From positions 102,610,001 through 102,674,000 of the forward strand of contig NC_043005.1 in assembly GCF_006345805.1 (NCBI RefSeq): a stretch of DNA of 64,000 bases, read 5' to 3'. The notes beneath the pieces are model-generated. The model saw only the letters and a program-made list of their open reading frames with translations, was not told the DNA's origin and made no database searches. Every line of letters begins with the position of its first letter. Positions within the stretch are counted from its first letter, which is position 1. The DNA is from Octopus sinensis. Lineage: Eukaryota. Made by a program: the position numbers and the translations under genes. Shown piece after piece: positions 37,153 through 49,704 of this stretch.

Positions 37153-37179
<27 letters not shown>

Positions 37180-37184
<5 letters not shown>

Positions 37185-37475
37185 GAATATAGAAAAGAGT
37201 GAAAATACTACAGAAGGCTTGTTTTATAAGGTTAAAGAATGTATTTAAGTCGTTATGTTAGAAAAATGTTATAAAATTTTGCATATAGTAACACGATGTA
37301 GGTAAAGAGATTTGAGAAATTTGAAAAGTTAACACGAAACCGGTAATTTCTCCATAAATCATGTTACTATATGCAAAATTTTCTAACATTTTTCTAACAT
37401 AACGACTTAACTACATTCTTTAACCTTATAAAACAAGCCTTCTGTAGTTTTTTCACTCTTTGCTATTTTCTATAT
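37180..37475. repeat. Foldback element: ~113-bp inverted arms, ~68-bp spacer
   Basis: atatagaatatagaaaagagtg...gcatatagtaaca / tgttactatatgc...gctattttctatat, about 5 mismatches; between (TA)n tracts. Confidence 0.92.
37314..37352 (+). ncRNA. Minimal type I hammerhead candidate with U3-A8 covariation
   Basis: gagaaat-TTGAAAA-gttaacac-GAAA-ccgg-TA-atttctc: 7-bp stem I, G10.1-C11.1, palindromic stem III, GUA site after 37345. Confidence 0.68.
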
Positions 37476-37501
37476 ATCCAACCACACACCAGCTTTCTCA
37501 C

Positions 37502-37589
<88 letters not shown>

Positions 37590-37596
<7 letters not shown>

Positions 37597-38449
37597 AAAA
37601 ATATGGTAAAGTAAAAAAATTCACTTTACCACACACCGAACTTTTCAGAAATAGCAGCCAAAAATTTGGCTATTTCTTCAACTGCAAATAAAAGTCTCCA
37701 GACAACGCATACTCAGAAAATAACTCACATAGGTATAAGGGAAAAACAACGAGAGATCACATCCATATACGATACCCGAGGACAGTCTGTTTCTGGATTT
37801 GTGGGTAAAACGCCACTTTTCCTTCATCAGCTCAGAGATTTCTTCTGATTTAGATTTGAAAATACTAAGAATCAAACATACCCGTCCGATATCTGTAACA
37901 TCGGACAAACCATGCCAGACACCCAGTACTAGCGAATCCAAAAATACGAATGAGATCCATTATTCTCCCCGTCCACCCACGTGAGTCATAGAGCATTACA
38001 TTTCTACAGAGGTAAAAACTGCAGTTCAAATTCTTGGAGAGAAAGCATTATATTGTCATCAAAAAAGGGGTAGAATTAATTAATTGTTAATAAATTCGAC
38101 CAAGCAGTATTCGGTATGTAAAGACCATTTACGGTATATTTGAAGTATTAATTTATACAAATATGGTAAAGTAAAAAAAATCACTTTACATACCGAATAC
38201 TGCTTGGTCGAATTTATTAACAATTTGAAACATGTGTAGAAAATAATAAAAAGGAATTTTGTAGAATCTTCGTCCAGCTCCATTTCTTCCCTTCACTAAA
38301 TATATAAAACTTCAATTTTCCGCGCTAAGGCACGGTTGCGACACCCCATGGTCGTAACCTCAACCGTGTTTTTTCTGTTGTGATTTTTGCTACCCAGGTA
38401 TCGGTTAAATTTTGAATAATCCGTAACAAGATAATTAATTTATCCATTT

Positions 38450-38455
<6 letters not shown>
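37590..38455 (+). mobile_element. Decayed Penelope-like 3' fragment (GIY-YIG remnant plus pLTR)
   Basis: RYKGKTTR and DLDLKILRIKHTRP resemble PLE endonuclease motifs. 38227-38455 is homologous to the inverted pLTR at 18510-18736, including GAAAcatgtgTAgaa. Internal perfect 42-bp IR at 38082-38123/38184-38225. Confidence 0.6.
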
Positions 38456-38503
<48 letters not shown>

Positions 38504-39044
38504 CAAAATAAGCAACAAGGATTATTTTGATTATAATCATCCCATTAGATTTATATGGATAATACCATAAAAATTCTGGTGCCTTTAACTTAAGTACCAT
38601 ATTCATTGAAATCTAAATTTTGCTAAACACACACACTCAGGCATACACACGAAGTGTCATTCAAATTTATTGCATTCAGAGCGTCTAAATTTTACATTGC
38701 CCCGTACCTACGATTATTCTAGAGTTAAAGAAAATATATATTTCGACAGTCTGGTCATGTCTGCGAATGTCATGGTTATAGATTCTCCCGCCTGATTAAG
38801 ACCTGAACAAAATATTAAATTCGGACATTAATTGTCCACGTATTAAAAAGTGTAATACAATTTTTGATTGTAATTTCCATTATACCTTCCAAACAAATCA
38901 ATTTGGCAAAAGATATTCAACAGCATTCTATAATCCACACTACTACATTAAAGTTTTCAGTGAAATGACTAGTGAGTTGCAGTGGTTCACAAATGAATAT
39001 TACATATATATTGTAATCTAGCATTTCTATTTTTGTGGATCCTT

Positions 39045-39172
39045 TGTATGGAAACATAAATAGCTTGTGTTATTCTCTTTGGATGCGTTACGTTTATTTC
39101 AAATTGTGTAAGCAGGATTTTCAACTGAATACAAAAATGTGTAGTGTGAAGTATACAAATTACATGTATACG

Positions 39173-39218
<46 letters not shown>

Positions 39219-39258
39219 ACACACTCAGGCACACATATGCACAGGCACATATTCTATA
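39045..39258. repeat. Dispersed repeat, uninterrupted paralog of 31490-32063
   Basis: aaacataaatagcttgtgttattc...tttatttcaaa|ttgtgtaagcaggattttc aligns across the Helitron insertion point. Confidence 0.9.
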
Positions 39259-39507
39259 TTTTCTGTATAATCTGTATAGAATTTTCAACTGTATTACTCT
39301 AAATCTCTAACGTCATATGAGAGCAATTGGTATACTTGGGGAAGGGATTTACTTTCAGTATATTAAGATTACATCTTAAGCTTGTAATCCCCACGTTGGC
39401 GTTCAATATTCCATGAATCTATATAATGGCGCAATATGTGTGTATGTATGACTGAATGGATGGAAAGATGTATATAGATGTGTATATATATATGCATAAA
39501 TATATAT

Positions 39508-39540
<33 letters not shown>

Positions 39541-41510
39541 GCATATATATGAGTCCATGTATGTATGTATATATACACACATACCACACACACACAGATA
39601 CATGTATACACAGAAATATATATATGCATACGATATCTACGTATACGTATCTACATACATTTGCACATCTTTAATGTTTCTACACATATACGTATACATA
39701 TATTTGTGTGTATTTGTGTATGTGTATGCGTGTGAGTGCGTGGATATGTCTACCTTTACGTATGTACATATGTGAGCTCGTATTTTAGTTGAGATTTCAA
39801 CTTCACTAAATTATATGATTACTTAGTCAATAAAAAATACATTGAGAAATTGATTTGTAAAAGTGAATTGATCCTACTCAGTAATCTTACTTGCCACAGA
39901 ATCCTTTCTAACAGTTTTCAATTGATAGCGCTCATGCTTTGCTTATCGTGAGTACCGTAGCAATAGTGATAGATATAAAACCGACAATTGTTTCCTATCT
40001 AAAGAAACAGGGTATAAATATATAGTTTACTACTCACGTTGAGGATTACTGCACGAGATACTGCTGGCGAATAATTTTAGCGACTTATCTGTATTATCAA
40101 TAAACATCATTAATATAATTCTTTAAAAAGCAACGGAAAAAAGTTAAGGGAATCATTATACGTTAAAAGTAGTGGTGTTGAATGAGAGAAGGCTGAGCAT
40201 ATCTTACAAAAGTTTTGCTCGTCGTTGCGTTACTTAGCCCGTCAGTAACGCTTTCTCGTGATTAGAGAAAAAAGGGAGAAAGAAAAGAGAGAAGGAGGGA
40301 CAAAAGAAGGAAAGTAAGCGTCCATGACACGAGACAGAGGAGTGTAACAATAACATTTTCACGTGATTACCTGAAGGGAAAGAGAGGAGAAAGTAAAAGA
40401 AGAGAGAAAAACAGGGTAAGGTGAAGAGTGAAACAGGAACAGGGGGAAAGAATAAGAGAGAATGAAACAAACGGAGAGAGAAAAGGAGAGAAAGAGAAGC
40501 GTCCATGATGTAGTGTAGAGGGTACGCAATAATATTAGCAGAGGGGTGATGTTCTGATGGTTAGATTAAAGAAAGGCAGATAGCGAGAGAGCAGAAAGAT
40601 GGAGAGAGAGAGGGAGAAAGAAAGAGGTGGGAGAGAAAGAGGGGAGAGTAAGAGGGGTGCCGCTTGTAAAGTATATTCTGGATGGTATGTGATTGAGCTC
40701 GCAAATATGTGCGTGTGTTTGTATGAGTGGTTGTAAATTATAGGATATGCATGTGCTTCTATGATTGCGTGTATGTGCGTTTATGTGTAGCCATATAGAC
40801 GTACTTTGACACAACATATTTCTATAGACCATTGAAACCTTGCGTACACAATTTGATATAAACATAACGCAACCAAATAGAATAACAAAATGTACCTGTT
40901 TCATAGAAAACGATCCACAAAACTAGGAAAGCTAAATTACCGTATGTATTTAATTCACACACACACACATGCACACAAACACAATCACACACACATCAAG
41001 CATATATATATATATGTATATATAATCCATATATATATACATATACCTATATATGAATATTTGATCCATATATATATATGTGAGTGGGTGTGTGCGTATG
41101 TCTGTGTATATCTGTATACATGCGTGTATGTATAGCACCCGTTAAAAGATATGGTACGTGAAACAGCGGAGGAATGCAAGGAAAACTGAAACCCGTTGAA
41201 TTTGGCGTTAAAATGGGTTTCCAAATTATCAACACAAGCGAAAAACTCTAAATTCATATTCCAGTATTTTATGATATTTTAATCTCATTTTGTAGGATAT
41301 TATTATTCACTGCTATATATAAATGTCATTGTTTGAGCATCAATTATTTATGGTTTAATATTTTCTAGATTTTGTCGTGTTATTTCTTTGTTTTACCCTG
41401 TCTTCTTTCAGCAGCCAGATTTATAGAAGCTGTGCTAAAGTTCTTTGTTATTCAGTATAGGTACATAAGTGCGTGAGTACGTATGCAAGATATATTGTGG
41501 GCGCACATTA

Positions 41511-41597
<87 letters not shown>

Positions 41598-41844
41598 CTA
41601 TATGTATATATATGCATGACATACGTAACGACTTTGTGTTGCAGGAAAATCATAAGCTTAATTTTGTCCAGATAGATATCCTTTTAAAGAGAGATGCTGT
41701 CGAATAATACAGCAGGCTTCAAAGCTAAGCGAAACGAAACCACAATGGAAGCAACTGTGGGAGTGACAGATGAGTATGTATCTCTTGTTTTAACTTGTCA
41801 ATATCGCGTTCTCTTATTATTGCCGAAGCGCAGGTGAATCGATT

Positions 41845-42104
41845 TGTTTAAGGTTATTTTGTTTTGTTTCTTCCTTCTCGAGCACGCCTCGCTCATTAGG
41901 AGCGGTTTCCCTGTTTCCTTGGCGTATAGGTTCCCCACCTGGACGGGACGCCGGTCCGTTGCAGGTGAGCTGCAAGATGCAGGAGTAAAGAGTGAGAGAA
42001 AGTTGTGGCGAAAGAGTCAGCAGAAGTTCGCCATTACCTTCTGATGGAGCCGCGTGGAGCTTAGGTGTTTTGCTCATAAACACACACATCGCCCGGTCTG
42101 AGAT
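41845..42104 (-). mobile_element. SINE, family C-related, tRNA head truncated
   Basis: ccccacctggacgggacgccggtccgttgcagg and acacacatcgcccggtctgagat resemble segments of the family C type; GC-rich island. Confidence 0.6.
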
Positions 42105-42278
42105 CTGTTTAACGTATATACGGATAACTTATATAGAATTAACAGGCCGGTATTTAGGCTGTTGATGCCGAATATAATTCAAATATTATAATACAAGCAC
42201 GTCTAGAGTAAAGTATTTAAGTACGTATATAATATACTTAACTTACGCAACTTTTGACCAACCTGTGTATGTGTGTGT

Positions 42279-42331
<53 letters not shown>

Positions 42332-42650
42332 AGTGATTTATTTTGTTTTGTGTCAGTATCTTCTGCTATCTTGTGGGCTGTTTCATTATAACCTGCTGAA
42401 AGAGCGCCCTGTGGTTACTGGCGAAAACCTCATAGAGGTAGAACTTTTCATCCTCTCCAGAGTTAAAGATTCATCCATTCGATAAACTCTGAAGAGAGTG
42501 AAACAGGTGGAAATTTGAAGGTACGACAAAACTTCTTAGCCAGTCTGCAGTAAATTTTGGTACATCTGAAAACACGGGTAGACTTTGATGATGGACGCTT
42601 CTGTATTATATTGGTTACTTAGACTCGATTTTTCGGCCACACACAGACAT

Positions 42651-42753
<103 letters not shown>

Positions 42754-43018
42754 ATATATGTATATATATATCTATATGTATATATATGCATGACATACGT
42801 AACGACTTTGTGTTGCAGGAAAATCATAAGCTTAATTTTGTCCAGATAGATATCCTTTTAAAGAGAGATGCTGTCGAATAATACAGCAGGCTTCAAAGCT
42901 AAGCGAAACGAAACCACAATGGAAGCAACTGTGGGAGTGACAGATGAGTATGTATCTCTTGTTTTAACTTGTCAATATCGCGTTCTCTTATTATTGCCGA
43001 AGCGCAGGTGAATCGATT

Positions 43019-43278
43019 TGTTTAAGGTTATTTTGTTTTGTTTCTTCCTTCTCGAGCACGCCTCGCTCATTAGGAGCGGTTTCCCTGTTTCCTTGGCGTA
43101 TAGGTTCCCCACCTGGACGGGACGCCGGTCCGTTGCAGGTGAGCTGCAAGATGCAGGAGTAAAGAGTGAGAGAAAGTTGTGGCGAAAGAGTCAGCAGAAG
43201 TTCGCCATTACCTTCTGATGGAGCCGCGTGGAGCTTAGGTGTTTTGCTCATAAACACACACATCGCCCGGTCTGAGAT
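43019..43278 (-). mobile_element. Duplicate copy of the 41845-42104 SINE
   Basis: Same sequence, inside the tandem duplication. Confidence 0.6.
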
Positions 43279-43471
43279 CTGTTTAACGTATATACGGATA
43301 ACTTATATAGAATTAACAGGCCGGTATTTAGGCTGTTGATGCCGAATATAATTCAAATATTATAATACAAGCACGTCTAGAGTAAAGTATTTAAGTACGT
43401 ATATAATATACTTAACTTACGCAACTTTTGACCAACCCTGTGTATGTGTGTGTTTGTGTGTGTGTGTGTTT

Positions 43472-43505
<34 letters not shown>

Positions 43506-43826
43506 TTAGTGATTTATTTTGTTTTGTGTCAGTATCTTCTGCTATCTTGTGGGCTGTTTCATTATAACCTGCTGAAAGAGCGCCCTGTGGTTACTGGCGA
43601 AAACCTCATAGAGGTAGAACTTTTCATCCTCTCCAGAGTTAAAGATTCATCCATTCGATAAACTCTGAAGAGAGTGAAACAGGTGGAAATTTGAAGGTAC
43701 GACAAAACTTCTTAGCCAGTCTGCAGTAAATTTTGGTACATCTGAAAACACGGGTAGACTTTGATGATGGACGCTTCTGTATTATATTGGTTACTTAGAC
43801 TCGATTTTTCGGCCACACACAGACAT

Positions 43827-43918
<92 letters not shown>

Positions 43919-43988
43919 TATATATCTATCTATCTATCTCTCCCTCTCTCTCTATATATATATATGCATATATGTATGTGTATATATA

Positions 43989-44020
<32 letters not shown>

Positions 44021-44149
44021 CATACATATATGCATATATATAGAGAGAGGGAGAGATAGATAGATAGATATATGCATATATATACATCTATAAATAGATC
44101 TTCTGCCTACCTATATGTACCTATATCTACCTATCTATAGGTATACAGC

Positions 44150-47100
44150 TGAATCCACCTGTAATACAGGCATAAACCGCCTAAAAGATGACGTTAATTT
44201 TGTTTCCATTTTAGTTGGAAAATTGTTCTCTGTGAACGAAAATGTCAGTGTCCATAAGGTCGCTCGGCTAGGAAGATTCCAAGCGAACCCAACCTCAGAT
44301 ACTAGACCACGCCCAATAAGGGTAATCTTCTCCTCCGATCGGGAGGCTTCAGTCTTTCTTAACAGAGCTCAGACGCATGCCTAGGAGGACCCCAATATGG
44401 GTTTTCGCGAGGAATACTCACTAAGAGAGAGAATTCGCAAGAGAAACCTAATATCCGAACTAAAGATGAGGAAACAAATGGGAGAGAAGTGTTTACGAAT
44501 CCAAGATGGACAGATAATCAAGTCCTACCTCTGGTCCCATGCTGTAGTGCTGACAGGGAAAGTGATGTGAGGGCAAATCGAAGTGAAGTTGATACCCCCG
44601 TCAACGATGCTATCTCTGATACCCCTTATTCTGCTTGTTCCCCAACTTCCGCCCCTCAGACTTCACAGCTCAGCATCGTCTACACCAACTCGTGCTCCTT
44701 ATTCCCAAAGTTCAGTGAACTATTTACACTGGCCATCCGTGACTCCCCTGATGTGATAGCTATCACCGAGACTTGGCTGACTCCAGCAGTAAAGGACTCA
44801 GAAATCCACCTGCAGGGCTACGTCCTTTTCAGATGTGACAGAGGAAAAAGGCGAGGTGGAGGTGTTGCTGTGTATGTTAAGTCTGAGCACAAACCGTCCA
44901 GCGGTATTCTACCCACTAATGCTCTACCTACAACAAAATTCGATGCCGTCTATTGCAAGCTGAGCCTATCTGAGTTTTGCCTGCCCGTGTTGGCTGTCTA
45001 CAGGCCGCCTCTTGCCGACCCCCAGGACGATGCTCATTTACTCGAAGCGATAAGATTCGTTTCAGCTTCGCATGACTGTTTGGTACTAGGAGACTTCAAC
45101 GCTCCCACGATCGATTGGCCCGCATCAATAGGTACAACATCTTCCAGTTTCGGCCAGGCCCTTCTTGACGTGGCTGAAGATTGTTTTCTATCGCAACATG
45201 TTGAATATCCGACAAGGCATCGGTCTGGGCAGCAGCCATCCATGCTAGATCTGGTATTCTCCCGCTATCCAAGATCTGTGTCAGACGTATCTGTGTGCGC
45301 CCCTCTTGCCAAGAGTGATCATGCGGTCCTGAAGTTCGTCATGCACACAACTTTTTCTACGCCCACGACTACTTCGCTGCCACGTAGAGTCTTCTCTGCA
45401 ATTAATCTTGAAATTCTAACCGAGGCTTCCGCGCTTCTGGACTGGCGATCCCTGATGACGTTGTCCTCTGTTGACGAACTATGGTCATCCCTCAAAACAT
45501 ATGTAATCTGTTTGACTGACCAGGCATTTCCCGTTAGGCTTCCCAAGAAGAAGAAACACAAGCCCTGGGTGACGAAGAAGGTTAAACGAGAACGTCGACT
45601 CAGAGATATTGCTTGGGCTGAATTCAAAAATCTGGATTCGACTGCAGCTTTTGAGGTGTACAAAACTCAACGAGACCGTGCCGTGAAAATTGAAAGGAAA
45701 GAACGCCTCAGTTATGAATACAAAATCGCGGCAAATACCAGTGACAATCCAAAAACCTTCTTTGCCCATATCCAGCGGAATTCTCGCTTGAACAACCAGA
45801 TTGCAACGTTGGTAGACTCAACAGGCGTATCGATTGAGGACCCTTATCAACAGAGTCAATTATTTGCCGAGGCTTTTTCAACTATTTTCAAACAAGATGA
45901 TGGTCGTGGATCCCCTCCATTTGATAGATCGGTACCTCCAATGCTTCGATTGGTCATCACGCGGGACGAAGTCAAACGTGTTATTCAAGGCCTCGATGTC
46001 AACAAGGGTCACGGCCCTGACGGCATACACCCACGGGTTATCAAAGCGTTGGCTCCGGTCATCTGCGAGCCCTTAACACGACTATTCAATACGTCATTGG
46101 CGACGGGTGTTATACCTCCAGACTGGAGAACAGCGATAATCTGCCCAATTTTCAAGAAAGGGAGCCGCGAAGACCCGCTTAACTACCGACCGGTTTCCCT
46201 TACATCAATAATCAGCAAGATGTTCGAAACCATCCTTAAGAATAGTATGATGCTCCACCTCTAAAACACAGCCTCTATCTCTGATTCCCAACACGGCTTC
46301 GTGCCGAAGAGATCATGCTTGACCATCTTACTAGTAATGGAAGAATTGGTGACGCGCATCCTCGATGATAGTGATGCTGTTGACATCGTTTTATTGGACT
46401 TTGCCAAAGCTTTTGACTCGGTAAACCACCGCCTATTACTTGTCAAGCTTCAAGCATATAGTTTCCATCCGGATATTATACGATGGGTTGGTGCCTTCCT
46501 CTCAGATCGCTCCTTCCAAGTCCAAGTTAATGGTTCGCGGTCCGACGTCTCCAGTGCGAGCAGTGGCGTGCCTCAAGGTTCAGTGCTTGGGCCCTTGTTC
46601 TTAGTCTTCATAAATGACTTGCCCGACGACCTCACGCAACACACCCTTCTATTTGCCGACGATATCAAACTGGTCGCTCCTCGTGGTAATATAGAGGATC
46701 TTCGTCGATGCCTCCACCAAATTTGGAAGTGGTCTAACGATTGGGACCTTGTCTGAAGGTGTCAAAGTGCTGTCAACTGCCTGTAGTAGGCTACTCCTGC
46801 AACTCAACTTGATTTCGAGCCGGGTCGTCTGCTGCTGGAGAGGACCGATCAGGTAAAGGACCTGGGTATCTTGGTGGATTCCTCCTTTTCGCCTTCGGCC
46901 CAGTGCGTCCATGCTGCCAACAAAGCACGCGGAATTCTGTTCTTGATTCGACGGTCATTCGGAATGCTCACAGCAGCCATATTCCTACCACTCTATGTCA
47001 CGCTGGTGAGACCCATATTGGAGTATGGGATTCAAGCCTCTTCTCCTTATCTCCTCAAAGACATACAGCATCTCGAAAGAGTCCAGAAGCTGGCTACCCG

Positions 47101-47510
47101 CATGGTTCATGGTCTCAAAAATTTGTCCTACGAAGAGAGGCTGAGGACGCTCGACCTTTATTCTCTTGAAAAACGCCGCCGCCGTGGTGATCTCATTCTC
47201 GCCCACAACATCATAAGCGGGAAGTGTAACCTCTCGAAAGAGCTGTTCTTCACTCCTGCTCCGGAGCGTCTACCTGCGACGATTTCATCTCAATCGAAGG
47301 AGAGGAGCTTTCTCCGTCCGGGTTGCGGATCCGTGGAACAAGCTGCCAGACGAGATGGTGAAGATGCCGACGAGCGCTTTGTTCAAAGCCTCCCTGGACC
47401 TCAAGTGGCCTGAACTCTTTACATGAACACCACCCTGTACTTAACTCCATGTCCCCCTACATGGCCTTGCTATTTGCTTTTGAGCCAAATTAACTAACTA
47501 ACTAACTAAC
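44150..47510 (+). mobile_element. CR1-clade LINE: ORF1 3' remnant plus complete but disrupted ORF2 (APE and RT), (CTAA)n tail
   Basis: ORF1 RPRPIRVIF...ELKMRKQMGE. APE motifs AITETW, GGGVAVYV, GDFN, LDLVF, SDH. RT motifs NYRPVSLTS, QHGF, LDFAKAFDSVNH, GVPQGSVLGP, FADD. TAA at 46262-64 and later frameshifts. Tail taactaactaactaactaac at ~47490-47510. Confidence 0.95.
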
Positions 47511-48609
47511 ATATAGAAAGATAAATAGATAGATACTTCTGTTAACTTAGGTGCGTATTTGTGTATGTGGAAGAGCGCATACAAAGCCACAGACACACTC
47601 GAACATTACGTTATGCATTTCATGTCCGTATGTGCTATCCTCTATATGCGTTCTTGTTTACGAATGAAATAGTTCTCTGAGAGAAATATAATTAAGCAGA
47701 CAACCATTAATCAGAATAGTTAATTTGTATTTGTATTCCGTATACAAAGCATTCCCTGGGGTATTTTACGTTAGCCATATTATACAGTATTATATATTAG
47801 AAGTTTGTATTTCGTACAAAATTCCTATACAATATCTTAGTGTTGCTCTCGTGCTGATAGGGTTATAAATGACATATTGTTGTTGAATTATGTTGCTTAC
47901 ATTTAGCCTTAGGATATCTCAGAGTAAGTTGATCTATAATTAAAGAAATTATAACCGTCAGGATTTTGTAGTTTTCCATTTCTTCTATTGCACTTTTGTA
48001 ATCCTTCCTCTTCTTGATATATCCTTCCTCTTCTTAAAATGCTGGGTATTGAATTTATGGAATTATGTTATTATTTCTAGCTGGTGGTGTGACCATGCTC
48101 ACGTTTCCTCGATGTTTTCTGGTATTGTAAATAACATATGATGTCTCTCACATTCATTAACAAAAAGTTTTCTGAACAATTTTTCACCATAGAAGATAAT
48201 AGCTTCAAGCTACAAGAGTCTGTCATAGTATGTATTGTTTAACGTTCATCAGATTAGTAATAGGTAATGCGTCACATGCAGACAATTTTCGTATGGGAGA
48301 ATATTCAGTCTCTTCCCAGAGCTTTTCCATTAAAATTGATTGCAAATGAAAGAAAATGGCTTCAGCAAACTTCAGTCTAATTTCGTCTTTTATATTAATT
48401 CGCATATATAATGACTGGAATATAGTAATGCTGTGTTGTACGACATCCGTTCCACAATAACGTAGATCTACGTTCAAACATGATGATAGTCGTTTGGGCA
48501 ATGCACTGTGCATGAACTACGATAGATAGATACTGTGCGAATTGAAGTGGTTAAAATACAAATATTTATTCATACACGTTGATTTCAAATTCTGGCATTG
48601 GAATTTCTG

Positions 48610-48762
48610 TAGAGGGCCAAGTCAGTTGCTCAATGGATTGTCATGTTATCTACTTTGAAATGATGCAAAACAAACTCAACCTCAGCGGAATTTGAACTTG
48701 GAACGTAAGTATGGATTAAACGCCACTACGCATTTTTCCCGTCGTGGTAACGATTCTGCCAC
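48610..48762 (-). mobile_element. Degraded family B SINE
   Basis: caacctcagcggaatttgaacttggaacgt...gtaacgattctgccacc. Confidence 0.65.
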
Positions 48763-48861
48763 CCCACAGACTTACATAGATGCATATTAACAAGGAGAAT
48801 AGGGTGAATAACACATTTTACTACATAATACTACAATTGTTTTATCGACAATTTTATAGAA

Positions 48862-49078
48862 TTCTGTTCTAATCTAGGCAGAAGGCCGGAAATTTTTGAG
48901 GAGGGGGCCAGTCGATTAGTTCGATCCCAGTACGCAAATGGTACTTAATTTATCGACCCCGAAAGGATAAAAGGCAAAATCGGCCTCGGCGTAATTTAAA
49001 CTTAAAAACGTAAAAACTGATAAAATACTGTTAAGAATTTCGCGCGACGTGCTAACGTTTCTTCCAGATCGCCGTCCT
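48862..49078 (-). mobile_element. Family B SINE, near full length
   Basis: ggccagtcgattagttcgatcccagtacgcaaatggtacttaatttatcgaccccgaaagga...gtgctaacgtttcttccagatcgcc. Confidence 0.85.
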
Positions 49079-49381
49079 AAATTTCATAGAAGAATTATTG
49101 CTAGACTAATATTACACAATATATAATTTATAATAATCCAGCAATATTTCTTTTGGTAAAAGGTCGATGAAGCAATCGACATTATAACCGTATAAAGCAA
49201 TAAATCGTGCTGCACACTCCATTCTCCATGTTGATAATTATACAGATATATATAACTGTATTTAACAGACTGATTTCACGTGTATCTTCAGTAAAATAAT
49301 CAATTTCCTGTGTAAAATCTATCTGAAAGCGATACTCATTGACTGGCTTTCTAAAGCACACCACAACACTAATACCCAAAT

Positions 49382-49461
<80 letters not shown>

Positions 49462-49524
49462 ATATATATATATATATGTATATATTATTTATGTATATAT
49501 ATTTATGTATATATATATATGTAC

Positions 49525-49568
<44 letters not shown>

Positions 49569-49632
49569 TTATGTATATATATATGTATGTATATATATAT
49601 ATATACATATATATATACATAAATATATATAC

Positions 49633-49666
<34 letters not shown>

Positions 49667-49704
49667 ATTTATATATATATATATATATGTGTGGGTGTGT
49701 GTGT

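Noticed and set aside
40260-40650. Purine-rich GA tracts (also 11845-11975 and 51425-51490)
   Set aside because: Ordinary low-complexity sequence with no further structure seen.
41817-42089. 90-aa minus ORF with an apparent acceptor (duplicated at 42991)
   Set aside because: Lies within a SINE copy.
42357-42520. Plus-strand segment with acceptor and donor-like ends
   Set aside because: Stops in all three frames.
49261-49296. Minus-strand CTGAAGA-tacacgt-GAAA hammerhead-like core
   Set aside because: No stem I with a valid UH site could be built; at most a decayed remnant.
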